The notes: a model not told the origin generated them from the sequence alone. 64,000 nt of DNA from Strigamia acuminata (GCA_949358305.1 OX442314.1:5146001-5210000), one strand, 5' to 3'. Counted from the first letter of the stretch, positions 48,601-58,742 are shown. Made by a program: numbers and translations.

Positions 48601-51413
48601 AGTACCCAACGAGCAAGTCGGCCAGTTGGTTCTCTTTGTTGAAATAACCACTTCAAAGAACGATGATCACTCTCTAAATAAAATGGCATCATTTCTAAAT
48701 AAGCGCGGAAACGTTTCACCGCCCACACGGCTGCTAGGCACTCAATTTCAGTCACATTATAGTTTTTTTCAGCACTGTTAAGTGCACGAGAAGCAAAAGC
48801 TATCGGTATCCTTTCTCCTGCGTCATTTAATTGCATTAAAGCCGACCCCAAACCGGAGTAGCTTGCATCTGTTTGAAGGATGAATGGCTTTTTCCAGCTG
48901 GGAAAACGTCTTTTTAGCGTTGGAGTCGCTATTTGATCTTTAAGATAATCAAAAGCTTCCTGTTGCGCTTCGTTCCAATGCCAAACAGCATCTTTTTTGA
49001 GTAGTGGTCGGAATACCTCACTTGTCTTGGAAAAGTTCGCAATAAAAGATTGATAATAACCCACCATACCTTTGAAACGTTGTAACTCGCGCAAATTTGT
49101 TGGCGCAGGATAGTTTTGGATAGCTGACACTTTTTTCGGATTTGGAGAAATCTGACCAGATTCCACGATGTGGCCCAAAACTTCGAGGCGCTGTTGACAG
49201 AGCTCGGTCTTGTTGGCGTTCATGGTGAAACCGGCATTAAATAATTCCTCCAAAACGAGGCGCAAATGTTGAACATGCTCCTCAAATGTTTTGCTAAAAA
49301 TAATAACATCATCAATGTATACAAATACGAATTTATATAAATATTTGGCCAAAGTCTTATTCATCGCTCTTTGGAGTGTTGCAGGACCGTTGATGGGGCC
49401 AAAGGGCATACGAACGTATTCGAACAGTCCTCGGTGTGTTATGAAGGCCAAGAATCGCTCATCTCCCTTGCGCACTCCAATTTGGTGAAAGGCCTCGCGC
49501 CCGTCGATTATCGAGAACCAATGTGCACCACCTAAATACGCAAATATATTGTCTATGTCCGGAAGTGGATACACATCCGGAATTGTTTGCGCATTAATGG
49601 GTCTGAAGTCCATTGCTGTCCTCCATTCCCCGGTCTTTTTGGGTACGACCACTGGGGCGACGGCGCAATCACTTTGTGAACGGCGAATTATGCCTTGTTG
49701 AAGTTTCTTGTCAATGTACTTGTCAATAATTGCCTTTTTCGCAGGGTTTACGGGGCGTACTGGAACATGGATCGGACGAAAATCTGGTTTCAGATTAGCT
49801 TCATATTCCGTATTATTACATAAACCGATTTCCTCACGGAAAATCTGTGAAATTGGCTGCAAAGTTTCAATTAGTAGTTTGATTTGCGTAACAGTCAGAT
49901 GGTTCCATAACTGGTGATAAATCCAATCGAGATCGGTCGGATTCTCACTAGGTTGGTACTGCAAAAAGTTGATGTTGTAAACATTTGAATTTGAGTCGTT
50001 CTCACCATTAGTAGGTTGCGCAGTTGTTCTGGAGTCGTTGATTAACTTCTTTTTGTCGTTAATGTCTTTGGCTCGTTGCGCAATCAATTGTTTGGCGATG
50101 GGACGAATAACATTCAATTTATGACGAAGGCGACGCAATCGACGAAATTGGCTTAAAGTCAACTTACGAGAGATTGTCTTTTTCACTTTACTCGAAGTTC
50201 TCGAAGTTTCCTTTCGTTTCGGTGACCAAACATTCGACCACGTGGTTCGACTGCGATGCCTAATTGTCTTTACTTGTCTTTGTGAGTCGTCGTTTGGATA
50301 CTCAAAAACCTCATTTTTCAATGGTTGGTGTAACAGCAGCACACAGTTAATGTCACTGGGTGGCGCAGGCTTCTTGAGTATTTTATTTGGAACAATCTCA
50401 CTTATTTTAACTGGCGGAGTTGCTGATTTATCCAGTTCCTCCGGTGCCATTGGAAATACGAGGATGGACTCGGATTTTTTGGCGTCTTCATAGGTCACGA
50501 ATTTACGAATTTCGTCTGAGCCAGCCAAGCTCCACTGGCTCCTTCCATGATCGATGGTGGCTCCGACTGCTTGGTTAAAGTCTCGTCCGAGGATCAAGTC
50601 ATTTTTGGCATCAGGCAACACTAAACACACGAATTTCACCACTCCTAACGGCGCTCGCAACGCAAGCGTCACTGATTTTGAAGCAGTAACCACGTGTCCG
50701 GATGCGACCTGTACTTTTTCATGTAAATTAATAAATTCGAGTCCCATTTTTTCGTGAAGTTGTTGAAATAATTCCTCGCTCATGATGCAAGTTTGGGCAC
50801 CTGAATCTAAAAGCGCGGTAAATGACACATTTGCCCAAGATATTTTTACGCATGGAGCTTCTCTGCGCAATCTATCGGCGCGTGTTATCTCAATAATTGG
50901 CTCTTGAGATTCTTTAAGCTCCTCCGAGGTCAACATGACAAAAGATACCTTCATTGGAGCGATCACTTCCTTGGGTGCTTCCGCTGAATTGACACTGGAA
51001 GTAGGCTTAATAAGGGGTATTTTAAAGTTTTTACTCACATTCTTGGTGATTTGTTTCTGTGCAGTCGCAGCTTGCAAGGCTGTCGACTTTGAAACAGGTC
51101 CAGATGCTAGTTGGAAAGCCACAGGTTGCAAAACTGAAGTTTTCCGTTGATTCGTCACTATCGGTGATGAAGATGGAGGTGTGGACGATACAACACTAAT
51201 TCCTGGTTTAGACTCACTAGGAGTGGTAGAAGAAGTAGTTGTTGTTGGAATTATCCTATCGGAAATGTTCTCGTCAAGGATTATGTCGGGTGAAGCACGT
51301 CTTGTTGATTCCACACGTTTTACGCTTGTGGAGACCGGTTGATTTACTTGCGGCCTGGCTCCGCCGGTCGTGGGAACTTCAGGCCGTCGGAGTTTTCCTG
51401 CCTCTCGAAAACT
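45699..51413 (-). CDS. pol: Pol polyprotein (aspartic protease, reverse transcriptase, RNase H, integrase), expressed by -1 frameshift from gag
   Basis: Protease LLDSGA. RT MDFRPIN, YPLP, RMPFG, YIDD. RNase H TDAS, EIECLA, SDH, ADALSR. Integrase HHCC (MHYPPVVGH...CEAC), DDE (YID, SDNA, AERLN) and GPY/F-like EGVY. The frame is open from 51413 (after a TAA at 51414-51416); the ORF track starts it at a GTG at 51314. Confidence 0.97.
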   Translation of the reverse strand, partial: SFREAGKLRRPEVPTTGGARPQVNQPVSTSVKRVESTRRASPDIILDENISDRIIPTTTTSSTTPSESKPGISVVSSTPPSSSPIVTNQRKTSVLQPVAFQLASGPVSKSTALQAATAQKQITKNVSKNFKIPLIKPTSSVNSAEAPKEVIAPMKVSFVMLTSEELKESQEPIIEITRADRLRREAPCVKISWANVSFTALLDSGAQTCIMSEELFQQLHEKMGLEFINLHEKVQVASGHVVTASKSVTLALRAPLGVVKFVCLVLPDAKNDLILGRDFNQAVGATIDHGRSQWSLAGSDEIRKFVTYEDAKKSESILVFPMAPEELDKSATPPVKISEIVPNKILKKPAPPSDINCVLLLHQPLKNEVFEYPNDDSQRQVKTIRHRSRTTWSNVWSPKRKETSRTSSKVKKTISRKLTLSQFRRLRRLRHKLNVIRPIAKQLIAQRAKDINDKKKLINDSRTTAQPTNGENDSNSNVYNINFLQYQPSENPTDLDWIYHQLWNHLTVTQIKLLIETLQPISQIFREEIGLCNNTEYEANLKPDFRPIHVPVRPVNPAKKAIIDKYIDKKLQQGIIRRSQSDCAVAPVVVPKKTGEWRTAMDFRPINAQTIPDVYPLPDIDNIFAYLGGAHWFSIIDGREAFHQIGVRKGDERFLAFITHRGLFEYVRMPFGPINGPATLQRAMNKTLAKYLYKFVFVYIDDVIIFSKTFEEHVQHLRLVLEELFNAGFTMNANKTELCQQRLEVLGHIVESGQISPNPKKVSAIQNYPAPTNLRELQRFKGMVGYYQSFIANFSKTSEVFRPLLKKDAVWHWNEAQQEAFDYLKDQIATPTLKRRFPSWKKPFILQTDASYSGLGSALMQLNDAGERIPIAFASRALNSAEKNYNVTEIECLAAVWAVKRFRAYLEMMPFYLESDHRSLKWLFQQREPTGRLARWVLSLSEYKFTFLHCSGCKNRVADALSRAPVDPPEHDEEDDSPLVDEACYTAYFDDCNQWPVLSIITELPKDINRQFKKMFKDKFVKSTLISAISPTKQKKGKRKSLIPRRITTTTTPSNAPTQIAQPTSTAASTPVAQPTQQTTPVTLPVISPNSPSVRVSVPLRARRQHSLIPILTKKRGRPRKIMIIPVLSPRAKRAIATRTRARLRDPTLVPKISPKLPRYGANIKKWTFPKLLKAQRIGKGKRTPKAPRSVISPIPTALPSPIPVPIPAPTPPNQPSSPSKSEVSIPSAPTPLTSKPKGIPKKSSGIPSHILPPRKKIISTPTPVSKIPTPPIPRPKGRPRKSAGIPSHILPPKPKPTPKSTPIQIPNFPTPSPTQTIPISQSPIPPTSPASSPSTTTDTAPTVPPVFDPGPGPSGHQLPDGYPSEPDSDTSSSDTDSFSPIRDFPSPVEYPVPRGGMPRTPTRLRPRSERTFTESDRRLTEAEQQAELEHDPPIEHPPFEMLPDAAEIIAAQRQDPWSRELIYYLTAQMLPVDPVEAAQIQKGAQNFGMHKDMLCRFPPVHINEIRKRRQIYLPLELRERYFRAMHYPPVVGHMGREKTLHRLKTRVYWPKMRKDVQTWIQVCEACQRAKPLNRLPYGKMIMSRARHLFSAIYIDYYGKKPRSVGGHCYAFVMVDSASRWLDVRLTEDSTIATSVAQIQKFTKRWGFPNVIISDNAPAFRSPEFRSQIQQLGAVNRYTAAYHPQGNIAERLNQSLKNCILAYIDDHDRWDVNIGYFVLAINSAYQISLKYSPFKLVTGQEARFPGDIDSDTDDGEPLPPSEAENLHEQMRTMRERAMNNLRESQIRHKKWFDLKRRAHDFRPGDWVTLRNRQPSSADRQFAAGLRQRTEGVYIIHKLVGPNTVILMDQNGRKTQPYNVVELRHWHFAQANFLTLKDVEIIDKHVENYTANTLDIFTAYFLSFK
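51333..51398 (-). promoter_or_regulatory. -1 ribosomal frameshift signal: slippery G GAA AAC plus H-type pseudoknot
   Basis: GGAAAAC at 51392-51398 in the gag CAG GAA AAC codons, a 5-nt spacer, stem 1 CGGCCUG/CAGGCCG and stem 2 GACCGG/CCGGUC. Pol is in the -1 frame, and the gag-pol overlap is limited to 51344-51413. Confidence 0.85.
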
Positions 51414-53251
51414 TTATAGCACACAGGACAAATGGGACGCCAAGTAGTGTTATCAATCATGTACCACCAATCCTTTCTCGTTTTGCGCCAAGCCGCACCT
51501 TTTTCGGGAAACTTGACGCTTGTTGGAGGTTTTGGTGATGGCGCAAATGTAACAACAGAGGTAGAACAGACATGGTCCTTTGGGAGATCTGCAGGGGGCG
51601 CGATTGTGGTTGAATTTACTGAAATGTTCACCTTTTGCGCGGCTCCGGCGACAGAACTCTTTTTGGTTTCCACTTCCGATTCCGACTCACTGCTGCTACT
51701 TGAACTTGGCTCCTGTGGCGGCGAAGGTTGCTCGGGTCGGGCTTCCAACGCAGCTAGTTCTAACATAAGCTGTTGTTTACGATAGCGCGTAAAACGTTTG
51801 GCGTCGTGGGACGTGGAGGTTTTAGATTCGGCTTCACCTCTGGACTTATCCACGGATTTCAACACGGTGGGGGATGAGGGGTTTACTTCTGAAAGAGGTG
51901 CAAACTGATCAACGAGACCCAAATGTTTATACTCAGTTTTGCGATGAGAGTCGAGTAGTAATCGATTGTCTACGTCGTTTCCTATTTGAATGGCTTCGTC
52001 GATAGTTTTGACGTGCATTGTTCTCAAAAGTTGGACGACGTCAGACAGCAGCATGTTCTGTGCCTTCTCCCATTGTAATCCAGGGTCTGTGTAGCCTGCA
52101 ATTTCTAAATAATAAATTATTTCGCTGAGAAAAGTCATGGTGGACTCTCCACTGCGTTGCTTTCGATTTGCAATTTTCACATTAGCTGCCGCTGAATTCA
52201 TGGAGAATGCCTTACGAAACAATATCTCGAACTCAATCCAAGTTTTGGGTTTTGGTTTTAATGCGAGCCACCAACGTTGCGCCTTGTTGCGGGTTGCTTG
52301 AATTATATTCACTTTTAAATACTCTTCCTCGGGCATGCGGGTGGAATACATATGCGCAAATAATTGCGCAAGAAACAAATTAACAGAGTCAAGTGTGGCC
52401 TTCTCAGGGTCGAAACGTGGGAGTTTTTCCTTATTATTGTTATATCCTCGGGAAGAGTCTTCTCGTCTCACTCGTATTGATGGTAGAGACAATTGGGCCC
52501 TTACTCCGGATGGGTGCCCTGGGTTGTTAATTTTGGCACATAATAAAGAATTCATCACCTGCTGATTGGCTTTTGTTGAATCCATAATTTGTGATGCCAC
52601 GGACGGACATTGAGTAAAAGTAGTGGCCTGCGTCATTACCGGTGGCGTTGTAGTTGTAAACGTCGGTTGCGCAGTGATGGTGGTGGGCGCAAACTGTTGT
52701 TGGTGGCTTGCTCCTCCACAATGAGGAACTTCCGTGGAAAGTTCATTTCCTAATGGTGCCGAATTGCCTTTTACCCTTATGGATCCATGAGAGGACCCAC
52801 CATCCTCTGACGGGGGTGTCGTTGGATGTGGAGGGCTGGTGCCTTGTTGGTAAATGCTTCGCATTTCTTTGAGTAATCCCTGTGCCTGAACGAAAAACTG
52901 ATTACGAATATCACACATCAATAAAGCTTCGGAATGTAAAATCGTCGGATTCATTGATATTCCTGACGTGCCAGGAGTGAAGAAGGCTGGAGGCACGAGC
53001 TGATATGCTGGTGTTGACGTGGCAACTGTCGTTGGCGCAGAAATGTTCACGCCAGGTATTTGAGCCGACATGTTGTCACGGAATGTTGACGGCATTGAAT
53101 TTGCAATGGTTATCAATAACTCACTTTGCTCCGCTCGTGTTCGCCTTAAACGCTCATAACGCTGCCAGTCGAGAGACGAAGCCAGCTCGTCCAAATCAAA
53201 GGGGTCTCGTACGGCGGGGTTTTCCTCACCGTTTCCCAACTCATTCGACAT
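51344..53251 (-). CDS. gag: Gag (635 aa) with retrotransposon capsid-like domain
   Basis: First ORF after the PBS. Capsid-like pattern KLPRFD...FL...AQRWW...TW.EFE..F...RKQRSGES...F. No canonical CCHC knuckle; only a CPVC near the C-terminus. Confidence 0.92.
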   Translation of the reverse strand: MSNELGNGEENPAVRDPFDLDELASSLDWQRYERLRRTRAEQSELLITIANSMPSTFRDNMSAQIPGVNISAPTTVATSTPAYQLVPPAFFTPGTSGISMNPTILHSEALLMCDIRNQFFVQAQGLLKEMRSIYQQGTSPPHPTTPPSEDGGSSHGSIRVKGNSAPLGNELSTEVPHCGGASHQQQFAPTTITAQPTFTTTTPPVMTQATTFTQCPSVASQIMDSTKANQQVMNSLLCAKINNPGHPSGVRAQLSLPSIRVRREDSSRGYNNNKEKLPRFDPEKATLDSVNLFLAQLFAHMYSTRMPEEEYLKVNIIQATRNKAQRWWLALKPKPKTWIEFEILFRKAFSMNSAAANVKIANRKQRSGESTMTFLSEIIYYLEIAGYTDPGLQWEKAQNMLLSDVVQLLRTMHVKTIDEAIQIGNDVDNRLLLDSHRKTEYKHLGLVDQFAPLSEVNPSSPTVLKSVDKSRGEAESKTSTSHDAKRFTRYRKQQLMLELAALEARPEQPSPPQEPSSSSSSESESEVETKKSSVAGAAQKVNISVNSTTIAPPADLPKDHVCSTSVVTFAPSPKPPTSVKFPEKGAAWRKTRKDWWYMIDNTTWRPICPVCYKVFERQENSDGLKFPRPAEPGRK

Positions 53252-53334
53252 GATGAAAAAAAATAATGAGAATGATTAATAATTTAAACGAAAACTTAAC
53301 TTTCTTGCGCGTTTTCAGCCTAAATAAGCGAGGA

Positions 53335-53351
53335 TCCTGTCAGGCTCGCCA
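53335..53351 (-). promoter_or_regulatory. Primer-binding site complementary to the tRNA-Arg(ACG)-type 3' end
   Basis: TGGCGAGCCTGACAGGA begins 3 nt after the 5' LTR. Its complement TCCTGTCAGGCTCGCCA resembles metazoan tRNA-Arg(ACG) 3' ends (recalled TCCTGGC(T/A)GG(C/A)TCGCCA). Confidence 0.8.
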
Positions 53352-53354
53352 TGT

Positions 53355-54027
53355 TGTCACGATTAATTCTGTTGGTATAATTAATTCTAAACAATATCGC
53401 GCAAAAACTAATTCGCGCAATAGTAATGGGCAAAGTTCGTAGATTTCCCTAAACGTTGTTTCCTTCAAATGTGGACATCCAGAAACTCAGGAAACCTAAT
53501 ACTCGCGTTTGACTAACATAATTTATATTGGACAGTTCCTTGCTTACGACGGGTGTTTGTAGGCATAAAAGAATGGAAGCACGATGATATAAACCTAAAG
53601 TGGGAAGGGGATATCATCGGGCAGTGATAATATAAAAGATGTCGGCTTGGAAAATAGCGCAATAGGGTTAGATGTAGGAGCGCTTATTGAAGGCGCAAAT
53701 AATAGAGGACTAAATCTAAATGTTACTAAAGGAGAATGGTGTTATCCAGTAGAGAGCATAAGAAGAAGTGATTAAACTTAGGATGATTGGAAAGAAGAAG
53801 ACTCAGTCATGTGACTGGTCAGATCAATTAGAGAAGGGGGTGGAAAGGTGAAAATAAGAGTTCAATTGTAGAAATAATGATATGCGCATCATCCAGATTG
53901 CGCATTCATTAACTGAAGATGAGTAAGCGAGATGAATCATCACGAGTGAGAGAAACAAGAAAATATTATAAGAAATAAGATTGGGTTATTCTAAAATAAA
54001 AATAGGCGGGTAGACGTGCCCGTGACA
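53355..54027 (-). repeat. 5' LTR (673 bp)
   Basis: Direct repeat of 39682-40354, followed in sense orientation by the PBS. Confidence 0.98.
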
Positions 54028-54838
54028 GATTTTTTTTCCATTAAAGAAATCTATAAAAATTGCAATTTATTCTTGATTTTTATAATTTTAACAATTTTCC
54101 ATTGTTGCACAACAATCTTGCTGCTACTCGTATGTATACGATTCTTTTACTTTTCCGTTGTTGAATGCATTTTCTCCTTTTTATGTGACGAGTTTTATAT
54201 AGTCCGAAATGCTTTCAATACATTTTTCCTCTCATAATTACAAGTGGTCATGAATGGCTGCAGCAATTTTGGAAGTGAACACTGTAAAAACACTACAAAG
54301 CATCCTCGCTTGAAAAGTGGCCGTAAAGCCTTTCAATGACTGATAATGTGGATAACACTCGCAGGAAATGTTTGTCTCCTAATGTCACTTTTTGTATTTT
54401 AAGCCTCTCGTTGATAGCGAAGGCGGACGATTTGTGCAAGCAATGATTTGGCTTTTCTGTGACACACTGGAGTGTTTAGAAAACCCTGCTCTTGGCGTAC
54501 AAATGATGCTGGCTGTGTCCAACATTGTGTAAAAGCTCGTCATTCATGCGTCATGTATCTGATTGTTACTCTGAGCACAGAAAAAGAAGTGGATGGGGGA
54601 AAAAGAAGAGAGTTAAAGCTTCTGTCTGCAGCTACACGGCCAGGAAAAAAAGATTTAAACAATTTCTGTCTGCTTGACAAATAAAAGCTCTTGCAATTTA
54701 TAAGAATTATTTACAATATCTCATGGCGCTTTCCAAAATTTCCGGTCTTCGTTGGTGGGGAACAATTATATACGGGCGATTTCCACTTAACGCTGTCATC
54801 TTGTTCCAGAAAAATAGCAGGGTGAAGTGAAATTAATA

Positions 54839-55588
54839 CAGGTTGAACTTTGCTATTACTGTATGAACACCGTTATAACAAATTTCTTGCTATAACAAAT
54901 TTCTCGTTATAACAAATTCCTCGTTATAATAAAATTCTCGTTATAACAAATTCCTTGTTATAACAAAGTCCCCGTTACAACAAAGTCCCCGTTATAACAA
55001 ATTCCTCGTTGTAACAAATTCCTCGTTGTAACAAATTCCTCGTTATAACAAATTCCTCGTTATAACAAATTCCTCGTTATAACAAATTCCCCTTTATAAC
55101 AAATTTCTTGTTACAACAAATTTCTCGTTACAATAAATTACACGTTATAACAAATTCCTTGTTATAACAAATTTCTTATTATAAGAAATTTTCTATTATA
55201 AGAAATTTCTTGTTATAACAAATTTATCGTTATTACAAATTCCTCGTTATAATAAAATTCTCGTTATAACAAATTCCTCGTTATAACAAATTCCTCGTTC
55301 TTACAAATTCCTCGTTATAACAGATCCCTCGTTATAACAGATCCCTCATTATAACAAATTTCTCGTTATAACAAATTCCTCGTTACAAAGAATTCCTTGT
55401 TATAACGAATTACACATTATAACAAGATTATCGTTATAACGAATTACTCGTTATATGGAATTCATCATTACAAATTTGGTTGCCTGTCCTATTACTCCCA
55501 TTACAATCATTTCACTATAACAAAGTCTTTTTATTAAGAACTGTTTTTTACTCTTCCTGTCCTGTTTGTAATAGCGAGGTTTGGCCTG
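54839..55588. mobile_element. Tc1/mariner-pogo-like MITE whose interior is an expanded 17-bp minisatellite (GTTATAACAAATTCCTC)
   Basis: TA|CAGGTTGAACTTTGCTATTAC ... GTAATAGCGAGGTTTGGCCTG|TA imperfect TIRs with TA duplication; ~33 tandem 17-bp units at 54870-55450. Confidence 0.75.
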
Positions 55589-57756
55589 TACTATCATCTG
55601 CGTAATTAAGTGTCTTTTTGGTTAAATGACACCCAGTTGAATATAAGTATAAGCAGTGTGAGACTTAGCACGTTCCTGGCCTGGTGAGTAGTGTTTATCT
55701 GGAGATTTAGGGCATGCAAGCCGAAGCCGCAATTGCTGCGACAACTTTCTTAAGGACCTAACCTTGCATTTATACTTAGAATTGGTAAAACCGCAAAAAC
55801 CCGATTGGAGCCAGACGGTAGACCGTTCTTGCCATAAAAACAGTATCTCGATCAGACAAGTGTTCTTGACATTAAAGGTCTATTGCCTCATTAAGGGTAT
55901 GTTAGGACAGGTTAGGTGTGGTTAGGTTACAATGCTGTGGTATTTTCTCCTGGCAGAAGACATTGCCTTTTAAAATATTGAGACCAAGACATGCATTATG
56001 AAAGCGGGAATGTGGGGAATGGCAGCTGAACTGTCGATGGGGAGTTGGGGACATAAATTCAATATCCAACAAGAGTATTTCAATTTGTTGAATGGTAAAA
56101 AGCTCTAGCGGCATTCCAAAAGTTCTATGTCAGATGTTCTAGCAAAGAAACCTAAGTTAACATGAATATTTACAAACATCAGGACTAGTATATAATTTTT
56201 AGGAGCTCACCTAAAGGGAGAACACAATATTTTTGGAGGATTTGTATACAGAGTAGAAAAGATCATTGTTTTGTTGCCACATAAATGATTGTCCATATGT
56301 CTAATATATGATAATTAAACTTTACTCTTTGGAGTCATTCTTAGAATTCATTGTTCATTCGGTGAGACCATTGATGTGGGGATAATATATTTGTATTATG
56401 ATTAGACATTATTAAGTGTCTATGATTATTAGCGCGTAATGTATTGCAACAATAAACACAACGACATTGTAGTTTGATGAATTGTCAATTGTGGAGTCTT
56501 TTGCTCATCTTAATTTTGAAGATAAATTAAGAATATTAGGATAACAATTGGAAAATTATGACGTAACGCGGAGGGCCAACCATTGTTACGATCACATGAT
56601 CCTATCACCTGACCTCATTTTTCCAAAGGTCTATTGTAAGTGGATTTGATATCGTGTAAATTTGTGTCAATTCCCTCGATACCCGCATGCCCGTATGCGA
56701 TGATTTTGTGGCAAATTTAAAAGTCGGCGTCTCTTCGGAAGAAGGGTTAATATCTAACGCAACCCCCATACCATCATCCTCTTTAAACATAAAAAAAATA
56801 CAATTTAAAATATCATCTATCTTTTTCCCCTTTTTCTTAAAATTCACACGGAGCGCCACCTTCCGCCCAATTTGCCTTCCCCAACTTCCTTCCTTAAAAA
56901 TAAAAGCGCCCTCTTGAAGCGGAAAATTTCCCAACTTTAATCACTCGACGTTCCACGATTCCTAACACCCCTAATTGTGTTTCTTTGTCTCGGACACAAA
57001 GGGGTTGCGGAGAAGAAATTTCTTTTTCTTCGATGGAGCGTCTTAGGATTAAAAATTTCATCCTCTCGAGCGTCTCCTATCGACGGCAACCATCAAAATT
57101 AACCTATTAAGGGGGAAAGATGGAGGGAGATGGGGGATTTGGATCTCTTCTTCCAAGAAAAGAAAAGATTTTTTTTTTTTGGTCGTAAATTATGTGCGCG
57201 TGCGCAAAAAGGAGCATCGCCGGATTTGATCTCGGTGCGTCATAATTTTCGAGTGTCCACCAGAGGTCGTGTTTGCACTTCTCGTGCAAAGTGCCATATT
57301 TTTCAGGATTGTGTCCGATAAATTCAATAATTTCTCGGCCTGTGTGTGTTTACTTGCAGTGAGGTGAAGCCCCCTTTGAGTTTGTTAAGTTATTGTGTAT
57401 TGTTGGCGGGTTTTGTTTGCTTTTTTCGCATTTTTTTTAAATTTGGATTTGGGGTTTTTGGTTCTGGTGGTGGTGGTAATTTTGGGTGGTTTTGGTGCTG
57501 GGTGGACAGATTGGTTTGTGGGAATGGTTTTTTTCATGTGTTTTTGTCACATTCGGACATGTGTGAAGATGTTTTTATTTTTTGGGATGGAGTTGTTGGT
57601 TAATATCAAATGGTTGGGGCTGTTGATAGACCTGCAGTGACTGCAATTGGAGGATATGAGTGGGTTTGGTTTGTGTGTCTTGTGAATTTATTCGGAAAAA
57701 TTCTGCATGGTAATTCCCTATGTAAAGTTGCAAATTTGCCATGAATCCTCAAACAT

Positions 57757-58258
57757 TACAATTTTCCCATTGTTACAAATTTTCCGTTGTTAATAATATA
57801 CTGTTTTACAAATTTCCCATTGTTACAAATTTTCCATTATTACAAATTTCCCATTGTTACAAATTTCCCATTGTTACAAATTTCCCATTGTTACAAATTT
57901 CCCATTGTTACAAATTTCTCATTGTTACAAATCTTCCATTATTACAAATTGTTCAACATTATAAATGTTACAAATTTTCTGTTGTTACAAATCTTTTGTT
58001 GTTACAAATTTTCTGTTGTTACAAATATTTTGTTGTTACAAATCTTCCGTTGTTGTGAATCTTCCGTTGTTACAAATCTTCGGTTGTTACAAATCTTCCA
58101 TTGTTACAAATTGTTCAACATTATAAATGTTACAAATTCTCCATTGTTACAAATCTTTTGTTGTTACAAATCTTCCGTTGTTACAAATCTTCCGTTGTTA
58201 CAAATCTTCCGTTGTTACAAATCTTCCGTTGTTACAAATCTTCCATTGTTACAATTTG
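57757..58258. repeat. 17-bp minisatellite (TTGTTACAAATTTCCCA / TTGTTACAAATCTTCCG)
   Basis: Tandem units, with an internal ~160-bp block duplication. Confidence 0.9.
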
Positions 58259-58527
58259 TCCAATATTATAAATTTTTCATTAATGCAGATTCTGAATTAC
58301 TTGTAATAATAATTCATAAAATTCACTAGAGAATTCAATTATTTTATGCAAATCAGAGCAAAGCTGAACGAACTCAAAATATTAATAAACAGGGTTGCAC
58401 CGAATACCAAAAAAACTGAAAAGCCGAATAGCATTTTAAAACACAGAAAAGCTATGCATAATTAAATGTACATGACTCGATTATAACACATCAATTGAAA
58501 ACAGAAACATTAAAGCAAAAACTTGAA

Positions 58528-58742
58528 ACTATTTAAAACGCGTTTTAACTACTTAAAACACGTTTTAACTACTTAAAACACGTTTTAACTACTTAAAACA
58601 CGTTTTAACTACTTAAAACACGTTTTAACTACTTAAAACACGTTTTAACTACTTAAAACGCTTTTTAACTAGTTAAAACACGTTTTAACTACTTAAAACA
58701 CGTTTTAACTCTTTAAAAAACACGTTTTAACTATTTAAAACA
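58528..58742. repeat. 20-bp minisatellite (TTAAAACACGTTTTAACTAC)
   Basis: About 10 near-perfect units; the unit is near-palindromic. Confidence 0.95.

Larger units (their letters stand above)
39682..54027 (-). mobile_element. Full-length Ty3/Gypsy-superfamily LTR retrotransposon (14,346 bp) with gag, pol and an additional ORF
   Basis: Two 673-bp direct LTRs with TGTCACG...CGTGACA ends, GATT TSD (39678-39681 and 54028-54031), PBS, PPT, and domain order PR-RT-RH-IN. Confidence 0.98.

Noticed and set aside
42598..53253. Plus-strand and alternate-frame ORFs inside the retrotransposon (e.g. 47152-47550, 47689-48186, 42650-43123)
   Set aside because: Shadows of the long sense ORFs, especially the Pro/Thr-rich codons; no recognisable domains.
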